From Candidatus Bathyarchaeota archaeon (GTDB lineage: Archaea > Thermoproteota > Bathyarchaeia > 40CM-2-53-6), in the NCBI GenBank assembly GCA_963833125.1, contig CAWHWX010000009.1:56088-120087 (forward strand): DNA of 64,000 bases, given 5' to 3'. The translations under genes were made by a program, and so were the position numbers. Position 1 is the first letter of the stretch, and each line of letters starts with the position of its first letter. The notes beneath the pieces are model-generated. The model was not told where the DNA came from, did no database searches, and saw only the letters and a program-made list of their open reading frames with translations. Below, piece after piece: positions 1 through 9,634 of this stretch.

Positions 1-1
1 C

Positions 2-964
2 ACCTTTGGCTACGCTGTAGCGACCGATACTTCGAACAGCATCTACATAACCGGCTCTACCCAAACATTCGGAGGAGAAAACTACAACGTATTCCTCCAG
101 AAATACGATCAATCATGCAATCTACTTTACACGAAACAATGGGCAGGCCAGGGCAATGATATTCCTCGCGGAATCACCACTGACGCGTTCGACAACGTCT
201 ACATAACAGGATACACGAACAGTTTCGATAATGGTTCAACCCAGATCTTCCTTCTGAAGTACACAGGGGTTGGCGATCTGCAATTCTCGAAGCTGTGGGG
301 AGGCGTACGAAATGACTACGGTTACAGCGTTGCTTCCGACAACTTAGGCAATGTGTACGTGGTCGGAACTACCAACAGTTTCGGTGCTGGCGGTTCGGAT
401 GCTGTGTTACTGAAATACGACTCTTCAGGAAATCTACTTTACCAGAAAACATGGGGCGGAACACAGAACGATTATGGAACCGGGGTTGCGGTTGACGCTG
501 GAGGGTACGTTTACGTGACCGGCTACACTTACAGCCTTGGTCCAACCCCTGGAATTCCAAGTGTTTTTCTGCTAAAATATGACCCCTCCGGAAACCTCCT
601 CTTCCAGAAAACTTGGGGAGGCATTAAGAACGATTTCGCCACAGGGATCACCGTCGACCTTGACGGGAATGTCTACGTGGTAGGTTACACGAAAAGCTAC
701 AGCATAAACCCAGGCATTCCAAGCGCATTCCTCTTGAAATTCGACCAATCCGGAAATTTGCTGTTCATGAAAGTTTGGGGAGGCAACAGAGGCGATTTTG
801 CATATGGCGTCGCTGTTGACACCGCAGAAAACGTGTACGTAACGGGCTACACGTATAGCTTCGGCCCAAACACTCAAGGAACAAACTACTTCATCTTGAA
901 ATACGATTATTTCGGGAACCTGCTGTTCCAAAAACTCTACGGCGGCGGTATCCCCGACCCGTAA
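2..964 (+). CDS. SBBP-type beta-propeller repeat protein (5' partial)
   Basis: Frame is open from base 2 to the stop at 964; repeated units of the form D.x.G.VAVD..GNVYVTGYT.SFG...FLLKYD.SGNLLFQKTWGG. Confidence 0.85.
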   Translation, partial: TFGYAVATDTSNSIYITGSTQTFGGENYNVFLQKYDQSCNLLYTKQWAGQGNDIPRGITTDAFDNVYITGYTNSFDNGSTQIFLLKYTGVGDLQFSKLWGGVRNDYGYSVASDNLGNVYVVGTTNSFGAGGSDAVLLKYDSSGNLLYQKTWGGTQNDYGTGVAVDAGGYVYVTGYTYSLGPTPGIPSVFLLKYDPSGNLLFQKTWGGIKNDFATGITVDLDGNVYVVGYTKSYSINPGIPSAFLLKFDQSGNLLFMKVWGGNRGDFAYGVAVDTAENVYVTGYTYSFGPNTQGTNYFILKYDYFGNLLFQKLYGGGIPDP

Positions 965-1304
965 AATGATAATCCGAACACCACTCCCAAACAGATCACT
1001 CAAAGAGCTCCAAGTTCCCTAGAAATTCGCAAAGTCACGTTGAATGGTTAATCGTCGACGAAAAAATTCTACCTTCTTGTGACCGGCTCGTTAAGTCACT
1101 AAACTCTCCGCAAACTCGTTTGAACCTGAGTTCAGAACAGGCTGGATGGTAGGTTCCGAAAAATAGAAAAGATAGACGAAATTGAACGCCATGGCTAACC
1201 TCCTTCTCAACGGAAGTGTCGCGGAGGCCATTGGCCATAGGAAAAACATCGAACCATGCAGGGATTAGACTTGCGAAAGGTCATGGCGTGTCTTCCGCAA
1301 AAGC

Positions 1305-1709
1305 ATGAGTTCATTCGCTTTCAGCGAGCTGGTCTCTAGTATAGCAATTCAACCTCAAATCCTTGAATTCCTTCATAAATTTGGCTACCAGGTAACTGCT
1401 CCAAAGAGAATCAGCGGACGTTCAGGTGAGGAGCAAACTTTCGACTTTTCGGCAACAAAGGATGGGGAAGAGATTGTATTTGATATCGCCTCGGAACCAA
1501 CGGAGATTGGCGCGGAAGCGATTGTAACTTTCTTCGCTAAGATCTTCGACACTAAACCACGTCGAGCCATTCTGATCTGCATTCCCGGGGTTAACCGCAA
1601 CGCGAGAAACCTGATAACAATGTACAGCATCCAAACGGCGACCGGAAGTGACGTTAACCAAGTACTCCTAAGACTTTCAGAATTGCTCGGAGTCCACGCC
1701 CCCTCTTGA
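1305..1709 (+). CDS. restriction endonuclease-like (PD-(D/E)XK/Mrr-like fold) domain protein, probably non-catalytic
   Basis: FLHKFGYQV..ISGRSGEEQTFDF..IVFDI..FFAKIFD..AILICIP pattern resembles TACK REase-like domains. Confidence 0.5.
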   Translation: MSSFAFSELVSSIAIQPQILEFLHKFGYQVTAPKRISGRSGEEQTFDFSATKDGEEIVFDIASEPTEIGAEAIVTFFAKIFDTKPRRAILICIPGVNRNARNLITMYSIQTATGSDVNQVLLRLSELLGVHAPS

Positions 1710-1768
1710 CCCCAAACGATCAGAGGAAGACAACAAGGCTGAGAGCGCATACTCCATCTATACCCATT

Positions 1769-2548
1769 ATGAATCTAACGTCAATCTGCGTGTTCATGTT
1801 CGATCTTGACGGAACACTTTGGATCGGTAAAGAGAATCCTCGTTACTTAGGCGGGAGGCAGGTCGTAAGGAAGCTTAAGGATTCTGGAAGGAAAACATTC
1901 GTCCTAACCAACGATTCTACGCATTCGCGCGAAGAGATATATCAGAACCTCGCTAGACTTGGGTTTAGTTTTACCATTGATGAAATATTGACGTCAAGCT
2001 ACTTGACTGCTCAGTATTTGACTGAACAATTTGGCACTGCGTCGTTCTACCTGATTGGTGAAAACGGATTAAAACACGAACTGGAGGCTGCGGGACATCA
2101 TGCATCAGCCGAACCAGAGGTTGTGGTGGTAGGTTTAGACAGACAGATGACCTATGAGAAACTCGATGGAGGGCTACAGTTTCTGCGGGCGGGGGCTCGT
2201 TTGGTTGGAAGCTATGGGGGAGCAGTATACATGGGCGACCGCGGACCTGCCCTGTCGGCGGGGTCCATAATCAAGGCGCTGGAGTTCGCAAGCGGAAAGA
2301 AAGCAGTGATGATCGGGAAACCATCCCCCCGAATGTTCACGCTCGCCCTCAAACTCGCTAATGGGAAGGCCAGCAAGGCTGCGATGGTTGGGGACCAAAT
2401 AGAAACAGACGTAGTAGGAGCCCGGAAAGCCGGCGTTCACACGATTCTCGTCCTAACAGGAGTTGAGACTCGAGAATCAGTAAATCGTTCTAAGATTAAA
2501 CCCGAGATTACTATCGACAACCTAGACAATCTCGAAACCCTTCTCTGA
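1769..2548 (+). CDS. HAD-IIA family hydrolase (NagD-like sugar phosphatase)
   Basis: Motifs FDLDGTLW, LTND, IGKPS, MVGDQIETDV; ATG at 1769 chosen within ORF 1706..2548. Confidence 0.9.
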   Translation: MNLTSICVFMFDLDGTLWIGKENPRYLGGRQVVRKLKDSGRKTFVLTNDSTHSREEIYQNLARLGFSFTIDEILTSSYLTAQYLTEQFGTASFYLIGENGLKHELEAAGHHASAEPEVVVVGLDRQMTYEKLDGGLQFLRAGARLVGSYGGAVYMGDRGPALSAGSIIKALEFASGKKAVMIGKPSPRMFTLALKLANGKASKAAMVGDQIETDVVGARKAGVHTILVLTGVETRESVNRSKIKPEITIDNLDNLETLL

Positions 2549-2647
2549 TCTGCATAATCGCGCCGGCCGGTCCGAACGCCTGCATAACCCTTAAGACTAC
2601 CTCGCTCGTGTTCATCCTTTACCGTTTGAATAGAAGTCGACTTGAAA

Positions 2648-3267
2648 ATGTCAGAGGAACAAGGACAAGCAGCCGGCGTTCCGGCACCCAACGTAAAAGT
2701 TAGCGAACTCGGCCCCTACTCGAAACAGGTCAATGCAACCGTTAAGGTCGTCCAGAAGGGCGAGGCTAGAGAGACAGTGTCACGACAAGACGGCACGACA
2801 CACCGCGTGTTAGATGCACTTGTCGGGGACGATACTGGAACCATCTACATGACGCTCTGGGACGAAAACATCGACAAAGTCAACGAAGGTGACTCCGTCA
2901 ATGTCAAAAACGGTTACGTGCGACCGTTCAAGGGATCAATGCGCCTAAACATCGGACGATACGGATCCCTGGAACCCGCTGAAACCCCACTTGGCGACGT
3001 AAACACCCAGAACAACCTATCCGACAAAGTAGTCGAAGAACGACCCTACCGCTCATATGGAGGCGGAAGAGGAGGCGGCTACGGCGGCGGACGAGGCGGA
3101 GGCTACGGCGGAGGGCGAGGAGGCGGGTACGGCGGCGGACGAGGCGGAGGCTACGGCGGAGGGCGAGGAGGCGGGTACGGCGGCGGACGAGGCGGAGGGG
3201 CGGCGGTGGCGGCTACGGACGTGGCCGTGACAGAGGCTACGGCGACAGAGGACGCGACCGATACTAG
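2648..3267 (+). CDS. ssb: single OB-fold ssDNA-binding protein with Gly/Arg/Tyr-rich tail (1-nt indel near 3197)
   Basis: KVSEL..VNATVKVVQKGEARE..DALVGDDTGTIYMTLWDE..NGYV..FKGSMRLNIGRYG; after removing one base near 3197 the tail reads GGGGGYGRGRDRGYGDRGRDRY to TAG at 3265-3267. Confidence 0.85.
3056..3199 (+). repeat. coding tandem repeat, 6 x 24 bp (YGGGRGGG) with a 48-bp higher-order unit
   Basis: Units 2+3 are identical to units 4+5 at the nucleotide level. Confidence 0.95.
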
Positions 3268-3385
3268 CCATCCGAACTGGCAGCTGTACGCTGCGAATAA
3301 TTCCCCCAGAAATTTTCTTTTTCTGTTTTCCAACATCTTCCTAGTTACTTTTAGGCAGCATGAATCGTTTCGCGTATCGGAAGCA

Positions 3386-3613
3386 TTATTCCGGTTTTGA
3401 TAACGTTAGAATCAGTTCACGGAGCTTCTTCGGGAAACGTTTGGATTGGATCGTGTAGCCCTTCTGACGTAGCATCTCTCCCAAGCGCGAAGAACCTGAC
3501 CACACCTCTTCCTTCGTAGTCCAACAAATCCTTCCGTCCTGAAGGAACCAGATTTCGCTGTCATTCGCTATGACATCGACACCATCGATCCTTCTGCGCA
3601 GATCCATCTCCAT
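3386..3613 (-). CDS. small hypothetical protein
   Basis: 75-aa ATG ORF filling the gap, divergent from the ParB-like gene. Confidence 0.55.
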   Translation of the reverse strand: MEMDLRRRIDGVDVIANDSEIWFLQDGRICWTTKEEVWSGSSRLGEMLRQKGYTIQSKRFPKKLRELILTLSKPE

Positions 3614-3651
3614 TAGCCCTGCTCGAATTCTTTAAACAGAACGATTTAAGA

Positions 3652-4563
3652 TTGTATACTTACTCCCTGTTGTGTTTGGGTGCCCGAAATTTGGTAACAC
3701 TAGCAGAATTGGAAACAAACAAGTTATTCGTTGGAGACTCCAACGTCCGCAAATCTGTTGGGGATATAACCGAACTTAAACTCTCTATAGAAGAAAAAGG
3801 GATACTAGAACCGCTTCTCGTTAGACCATTAAAGAATAGATTCGAGATTGTGGTCGGTTCAAGACGCTATGAAGCAGCCAAAGCCTTGGGCCTAAGGAAA
3901 GTACCAGTCCTCATCAGACCGATGAGTGACACGGAAGCGCTCTCACTCTCATTAGTAGAGAATATTCAGAGAACCGATCTTGAGCTTGAAGAGGAGGCCG
4001 AAGGGGTGCTCAGATTGATGAAGCTCGATCCGAAACGATTTGCAAATGCCAGATCCGTTGCAAAGGTTCTAGGTCGCTCGGAAAGCGCCGTTCGAGAGCT
4101 GCTCGACGCTTACGAATTAACTTTCAAACTTCGAGAGAAAGGTATGCAGATTCACGCAGCTAGAGCTCCTCCCGAAGAGCAAAGACAACGAGCGGAAGCA
4201 ATCCCACTTGCGCATACCGAACTCATCGCACGTGCCATAAAGACCGCAGAAGTGAAAAGACTACCAACGCGCGAGTTCGACCGCAAGATTCCGGAAATCG
4301 TCAGAGCCATAGCTCCCCTCCCTGAAGCAGATGCGAGGAAAGTGGTGGACCGTTTCAAGATGTTTCCTGAGAGATCGATTCAAGCGATAAAGGAAGAAGC
4401 CCTAGCAAAGCAGACCGGAGTTGCGGTCAAAATATACTTCTCACCAAGAATTGCCCGAGCCCTGAACCAAGCTGCTGAGGAACGCGACCTCTCTGAAGAC
4501 GAACTGGCCTCGATTGCAGTGGAAGAATGGCTAGTACTCAAGGGATATTTGAAATCAGTCTGA
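3652..4563 (+). CDS. ParB/Spo0J-family protein with HTH and C-terminal ribbon-helix-helix-like segment
   Basis: SIEEKGILEPLLVRP, VVGSRRYEAA, ENIQRTDL; HTH ARSVAKVLGRSESAVRELL; C-terminal VKIYFSPRIARALNQAAEERDLSEDELASIAVEEWL; true start may be the TTG at 3691. Confidence 0.85.
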   Translation: MYTYSLLCLGARNLVTLAELETNKLFVGDSNVRKSVGDITELKLSIEEKGILEPLLVRPLKNRFEIVVGSRRYEAAKALGLRKVPVLIRPMSDTEALSLSLVENIQRTDLELEEEAEGVLRLMKLDPKRFANARSVAKVLGRSESAVRELLDAYELTFKLREKGMQIHAARAPPEEQRQRAEAIPLAHTELIARAIKTAEVKRLPTREFDRKIPEIVRAIAPLPEADARKVVDRFKMFPERSIQAIKEEALAKQTGVAVKIYFSPRIARALNQAAEERDLSEDELASIAVEEWLVLKGYLKSV

Positions 4564-4614
4564 TATCGGAAAAAGTTTGAGCGACTTCAGGATTTGAAGA
4601 CGCCATGTGGTTGA

Positions 4615-5254
4615 TCAGAGCCTTGGCAGCACGTATTGTGTAATTATGTACAGCGCCACGAAATAGATTACTAACAGTACAAGCGCAATTGCTAGATTCT
4701 TCTTCCAGTTAGGACTCCAAGCTATTCCAAATGGTATCCCTAACGAGAAAGCCGATGACGTGTGAGATATAGGCGACATTACTCTGAAGGTTGAAGTAAA
4801 CAGCCAACGCATTGTACAAGAAATATACTATCGCTACCATTCCGACCGGCATCAGGAGAAGCCAAGAAAACCGGAGGGGCTTCATCAACATCACGACAGC
4901 CGCCAGAGTGAAAATCGCTGCCGATGCACCGACAAAGGTAACGCCGGGTTGGAAAGAACGGAAGGTTGAGTGGGAAGCTAAGTATACCTCCGAAAAAAAC
5001 ACAGTAAGCATTCGTTTCGAATTCGTCACGCTCTCCAGAGTGTTGCCGAAAACATAGAGGAAGATCATATTCCCGAGTAGGTGGATTAGGCTAGCATGCA
5101 CGAAGATTGCGGTCACCAGGGTCCATATCCTGCCCTCTTGCAGGTTCGTAAGACTGAAGACAAGGTTGTGTTCAACTGTGGTAGGATCAGCTCCGTAGAG
5201 GGCATAGAGAGTTGCAGCGATACAGATCAAGATGAGAACATTGGTGGCCCTCAT
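4615..5254 (-). CDS. rhomboid family intramembrane serine protease (frameshifted)
   Basis: WTLVTAIFVHASLIHLLGNMIFLYVFG, VGASAAIF, AYISHVIG; C-terminus continues in ORF 4615..4812. Confidence 0.85.
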
Positions 5255-5285
5255 GGATGAGAACACGAATCCAGCGGATAACGTG

Positions 5286-6014
5286 ATGAATCAAAGCTTA
5301 CACCAAAAAAACTTCTCTAACACTCTTCTTTTGATTCCCACACTCAACGAAGAAGAGGCAGTGGAAGGAATCGTTACTGAAGCAGCAAAATCTGGTTTTT
5401 CTAACATAATCGTGGTCGACGGGTTCAGCACCGACCGGACGCGGGAACTCGCAGCAGCGGCCGGAACCACGGTTATCGAACAGGAATTCGGCAGAGGGAA
5501 GGGATGCGGGATCCGAACAGGTATGAAGTTCTTCCTTCAAGGCAACGCCGAATTTCTTTGCATCATAGATGGAGACGGAACTAACATCCCTTCACACTTG
5601 GAAAACATGATTCTTCTCGCCCAGGAAGGGCGAGCTGACGTAGTAATGGGCTCTCGAATACGCGGTAAGAGAGACCACAAAGCAATGAATCTCCTAAGTA
5701 TTGCCTCCAACCTTACCGTCTCACTCCTTTTCAGTGCCAAGTTTAGACATCTGTTCACAGACGTCCAGACCGGTTACTGGCTTTTCTCAAGATCAGCAGT
5801 ACAAAGAATCTATCCACTAATTCATTCTAGAGGCTTCGAAATCGAAATGGAACTGTTCGTCACAATCCTCAGAGAGAAACTACGACTCCGCGAAGTTCCC
5901 GTTGGGTTTAGGCGACGCCGAGGATCAACAAAGTTCAGCCTTCGACTTAGGTTGAGGAATCTATATTACGCATTCAAATATCTCTCATCAAGAACTACCG
6001 CAAACCCCACATGA
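5286..6014 (+). CDS. glycosyltransferase family 2 (DPM1-like)
   Basis: LIPTLNEEE, VVDGFSTDRT, IDGDG, MGSR, TDVQTGY, GFEIEME. Confidence 0.9.
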   Translation: MNQSLHQKNFSNTLLLIPTLNEEEAVEGIVTEAAKSGFSNIIVVDGFSTDRTRELAAAAGTTVIEQEFGRGKGCGIRTGMKFFLQGNAEFLCIIDGDGTNIPSHLENMILLAQEGRADVVMGSRIRGKRDHKAMNLLSIASNLTVSLLFSAKFRHLFTDVQTGYWLFSRSAVQRIYPLIHSRGFEIEMELFVTILREKLRLREVPVGFRRRRGSTKFSLRLRLRNLYYAFKYLSSRTTANPT

Positions 6015-6044
6015 TTATAGAGCGAAAGTAATTCGGTTCGTGAG

Positions 6045-6458
6045 GTGTATGAATTGGGTGCGCGAACTGCGATCGGCGTTGTGATGTCGATACTAGGCTT
6101 GCTACTCCTTCTGTTCAGTGGCTATGAACTTAACAGCCTGTTTTTCATCGACAAATTGGCCACAGTGGCTGACATTCCATCTTACAGCGTAAATGTGGTA
6201 ATGCCCTTCTTACTCGGGATAATGGCCCTTCTCGATGGATCAATAATCCTCGGCTTAAAACGGTCGTTCAGCCTCAGCATTCATCTGCTCGTAAATTTCG
6301 TCTGGCTCTATGCGGCCTACATGCTCTACGACAACCTGGCGATACCCATAACAGACATCACAGCATACCATCAAGTATTCCTGCTAGGCTTCTTGGGTTT
6401 GATTCTCTTCGTCGTCGGAGTTATAGCCAACGACATACCCAAACGCAAAACGACTTAA
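6045..6458 (+). CDS. 4-TM membrane protein of unknown function
   Basis: Four hydrophobic segments; GAGGTG overlaps the start region. Confidence 0.7.
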   Translation: MYELGARTAIGVVMSILGLLLLLFSGYELNSLFFIDKLATVADIPSYSVNVVMPFLLGIMALLDGSIILGLKRSFSLSIHLLVNFVWLYAAYMLYDNLAIPITDITAYHQVFLLGFLGLILFVVGVIANDIPKRKTT

Positions 6459-7095
6459 TCAAACAAGCTTGCGTTCCCTGAGGCCACCCTTTTTCGAAAC
6501 ATACGGGTTCCCGTAAATGTAAAACCTCCAAAGCTTATCCAAACCACTCCTGATTCCAACTCGTGTTGAACACCAAATTTCAAAGTCGCGTTCCCCGCGA
6601 TCTGTGACCAAAAGGGGACCCCTGACGGTCATATCTTGTTCGTTCAGCGACTTACTTATCGCGAATGCCTTTGTCAGTTTACCTGGACCATTTGTCAACT
6701 CTAAGTCTGATACATTCGGTCGGAAATGCTTCATCGCAGTCAATTCCCTCTACTGGTTGAACCGCCCGAAATAACACAGCTCCAGGCGTTCCGGGTGCCT
6801 GGGTGGTAATGTTCAGGCAGTAATGATTTCCGTAAGTGAAGTAAATGTAGGCGTGACCGGGTTCATCAAACATTGGTGCATTTCTTGGGGTAAGACCACG
6901 AAAAGCGTGACTAGCTGGGTCATCACTGCCGCGATAAGCCTCGACTTCAACGATCCACCCCACCATTCGCTTCGAACCCGTAGTTCTAACCAAATATTTG
7001 CCGAGAAGATTTCTTGCGACTTCAACAGTGTCCCGAGCAAAGAATGAGGATTGAAGTATTCGTGATCCAGCCAATTGCTCAAAGACCACAAGCAT
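6459..7095 (-). CDS. mpg: DNA-3-methyladenine glycosylase (MPG/AAG family; frameshift near 6745)
   Basis: VARNLLGKYL, IVEVEAY, DPASHAFRG, YIYFTYGNHYCLNI, AVLFRA; second ORF has LTNGPGKLTKA, RVGI, WRFYIYGNPYVS. Confidence 0.9.
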
Positions 7096-7146
7096 TGGCT
7101 CGAAAGAAAACGAGTGGGCAAGTAACTCCTGAGGGTCGGTGTGAGA

Positions 7147-7692
7147 TTATTTTACTATGGATTCGAGTGGGACGTAGGTGTCGGTGTCGTGTACGGCGCC
7201 GAGTTTAGCGATCTTGTTCTCCACTAGGGAAGCTATCTTTTTGGGGGGTGGGTTCACGAAGCTCTTCTCAACCTCCAGTTCAGCCAAGACGTCCGCTTTT
7301 CCGAAGAGCAGGTAGACGCCCCGGACCTCGGGCAGCGCCATTAACTTACTCATCAGCCCCTTCTCCTTACCCGCTTCGCTCATGACAAAGACGAAGCCTT
7401 TCTGGGTGGGGCGTTCAGGTGGTCTTGGAGGGTGAACTTCGGCTTCGATTGGTATGATCGTTCTAGTGTCGATGACGCCTCCAGCCTTCCTCACTTTATC
7501 GATGACAACTTCAGCAACCCGTTGCCTGGGGTCAATCTCTGTTTCCTCGGATTCTAGGGCTACTAGTAAGTCGAATTTACCCGTGATCAAGTGAATCTCG
7601 CGAACTTCGGGCAGAGACTTGAAGCGATCAAGGATTTCTTTCTCCATCCCCGGTTTCGTCTTTACGAGAAGAAAACTCCTCAAATCAACCAC
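7147..7692 (-). CDS. tandem Lrp/AsnC ligand-binding (RAM) domain protein without HTH
   Basis: Two repeats: FLLVKTKPGMEKE..LPEVREIHLITGKFDLL and FVFVMSEAGKEK..LPEVRGVYLLFGKADVL. Confidence 0.8.
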   Translation of the reverse strand: MVDLRSFLLVKTKPGMEKEILDRFKSLPEVREIHLITGKFDLLVALESEETEIDPRQRVAEVVIDKVRKAGGVIDTRTIIPIEAEVHPPRPPERPTQKGFVFVMSEAGKEKGLMSKLMALPEVRGVYLLFGKADVLAELEVEKSFVNPPPKKIASLVENKIAKLGAVHDTDTYVPLESIVK

Positions 7693-7934
7693 TAACCATC
7701 AGTTAACACGAATCTTTGACGTTTCAGCGTCATATAAGGTTTGGAGAAAATACGATCTACCAAACTTAGTCCCCATGAGAGCGAAGGGAAACTCAATCAA
7801 ACGTGAATTTCCATTTTGCCTTCCTGAACTCAGAATCAGTGAAATCCCGCGCCGAGTTGATCTAGGGCGCCTGAACGAATCATCCACAATCCGTTTTATT
7901 CAGAATATGATTGTGACCTGCGAGGTGAATGCGA

Positions 7935-8075
7935 ATGGTTCCAACTGGCCTGATATTCCTAGGTTTACTGATCAGAACGATCCTCGGTGCAGCAGTTGTC
8001 GTTGCATTAATCTGGTTGTTCTTCAAGCTCGGCAAACTAGCGGAAGCATACACTAAGAAACTCCAACCAAAATAG
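7935..8075 (+). CDS. 46-aa single-TM microprotein (not in ORF track)
   Basis: GAGGTG SD at 7922-7927; MVPTGLIFLGLLIRTILGAAVVVALIWLFFKLGKLAEAYTKKLQPK*. Confidence 0.6.
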   Translation: MVPTGLIFLGLLIRTILGAAVVVALIWLFFKLGKLAEAYTKKLQPK

Positions 8076-8090
8076 TAGGGTGAGTTTGTT

Positions 8091-8195
8091 ATGTTCTGTT
8101 CTAACTCTGGCACCGAACTCCCGGCTGGAGCACAAGCTTGCTCGAACTGCGGAGCTGCTATAGCTCCGCCGCGGTTCCGGCCTCGGCAACAATAG
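8091..8195 (+). CDS. 34-aa zinc-ribbon-like micro-ORF, possibly truncated
   Basis: GGGTGA SD; MFCSNSGTELPAGAQACSNCGAAIAPPRFRPRQQ* resembles MFCxxCG..LP..A..CxxCG with the second Cys read as Ser. Confidence 0.5.
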   Translation: MFCSNSGTELPAGAQACSNCGAAIAPPRFRPRQQ

Positions 8196-8324
8196 AGACA
8201 TTCTATGATATCGTTGCCGTCGATACGAAATAGATCGGTGGCACAGTGCAGCAGGAATATTCACATTTACCGGCGTTCGGGAGAAGTCTGGGGTATTGGG
8301 TAATTAAAGTTCAACACAATTTTT

Positions 8325-9485
8325 TCAACTGGGTGCTGATAGGGATCGGTTGGCGGCTGCGACCCCTGATCCCGGTTGAAACCGATGGGCCTGTTTTCCG
8401 AGTGAACCTTCTACAGCGGAAAGAGTGGCCAGGATATCGCTTCTGTTCACATTGCCCATATGCCCTACCCTGAACGCCTTATCCTTAAGCGGTCCCAACC
8501 CACCCGCAACCACAACACCATAATCCTCCGCCATCGACTTGCGAAATTCGGCGTCGCTCACGCCGTTGGGATGATACGCAACGGTGAGAGTGTTTGATGC
8601 TGCCGTATCTTCGCACAAAAGCTGAAGCCCCACGGCTTTGAGGCCAGCGCGGAAGGCGGAAGCCAATTTTGCATGACGTTTGAATCGCTCCTCCAACCCT
8701 TCAGAGAGGATCATTCTGCAGCTCTCGTTTAGAGCATAGAACAGATTTACTGCTGGAGTTGCGAAGTATTTCGTAGGTTCCTGAAGTATAGGTAGCCAAC
8801 GCTTGAGGTCCCCGTAGTAGGAAGATGGCGGAGTTCTCCGTTTCTCCCTTACCCCAAGGGCTTTCGAATCAAACGAGATTACCGTCATGCCTGGTGGAGC
8901 GGCGAGAGCCTTTTGCGATCCCGTGAAGCAAACATTGATTCCCCAATCATCAACCCGAACATCCATCCCACCCATCGAACAAACCGAATCGACAACAAAC
9001 AACGCACCCTTCGACTTTGCCAGCGAACCCAGCTCTTTTACTGGATTGGCCACGCCGGTCGAAGTATCGACGTGCACCACCATCATAGCCTTGTATGTTG
9101 TTTCTGAAAGTTTTCGCTCGATGTCCTCTAGGCGAGCAGCCGAACCCCACGGCACTTCAACCTTGTCCACCTTAGCTCCAAGGTTGTTGGAAATTTCCGC
9201 GAGGCGATCTCCGAAATATCCGGCTGAAATCGACAGCACTTTGTCCCCCGGTTCAATTATGTTTGAAAGCGCGACTTCAGCGCCCAAGGTACCGGTCCCT
9301 GCCAACGGAAGTATCGTTCCCTTTGTCTGGAATATTCGGCCCAGATCGGCAACAGTTTCTTTGAATATCGTCGCAAATGCCGTACTTGTATGCGAGATTG
9401 TAGGACGGGCCATTGAGCGTAGAACTATTGGGTCAACGTTCGTAGGGCCAGGAATCATCAGAAGATCACGTTCGCCCATTACCAA
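8325..9485 (-). CDS. class V PLP aminotransferase (alanine-glyoxylate/serine-pyruvate type)
   Basis: LLMIPGPTNV, VHVDTSTGV, VVDSVCSMGG, TGSQKALAAPPG, FRVGHMG. Confidence 0.92.
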   Translation of the reverse strand: MVMGERDLLMIPGPTNVDPIVLRSMARPTISHTSTAFATIFKETVADLGRIFQTKGTILPLAGTGTLGAEVALSNIIEPGDKVLSISAGYFGDRLAEISNNLGAKVDKVEVPWGSAARLEDIERKLSETTYKAMMVVHVDTSTGVANPVKELGSLAKSKGALFVVDSVCSMGGMDVRVDDWGINVCFTGSQKALAAPPGMTVISFDSKALGVREKRRTPPSSYYGDLKRWLPILQEPTKYFATPAVNLFYALNESCRMILSEGLEERFKRHAKLASAFRAGLKAVGLQLLCEDTAASNTLTVAYHPNGVSDAEFRKSMAEDYGVVVAGGLGPLKDKAFRVGHMGNVNRSDILATLSAVEGSLGKQAHRFQPGSGVAAANRSLSAPS

Positions 9486-9634
9486 ACACCCTCAATGGTG
9501 TGGGGCATGTTCAATTGGGATTAAGCTTTGCGCAATACTGAACAGAGATTACTTACTAGAAACAGTTCTCCGATTGAATAGCAAGTGGAAGGCACCCACA
9601 CTTATTATGCCCCGTAGGGAGATTTTCCAGCGGT

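Noticed and set aside
3056-3199. Tandem repeat as a CRISPR array
   Set aside because: No unique spacers, in-frame coding repeat, and no cas genes in the window
3200-3400. Ala/Thr-rich and hydrophobic C-terminal extension of the SSB ORF in the track
   Set aside because: Out-of-frame read-through after the indel near 3197; the alternative frame gives a coherent RG-rich end at 3267
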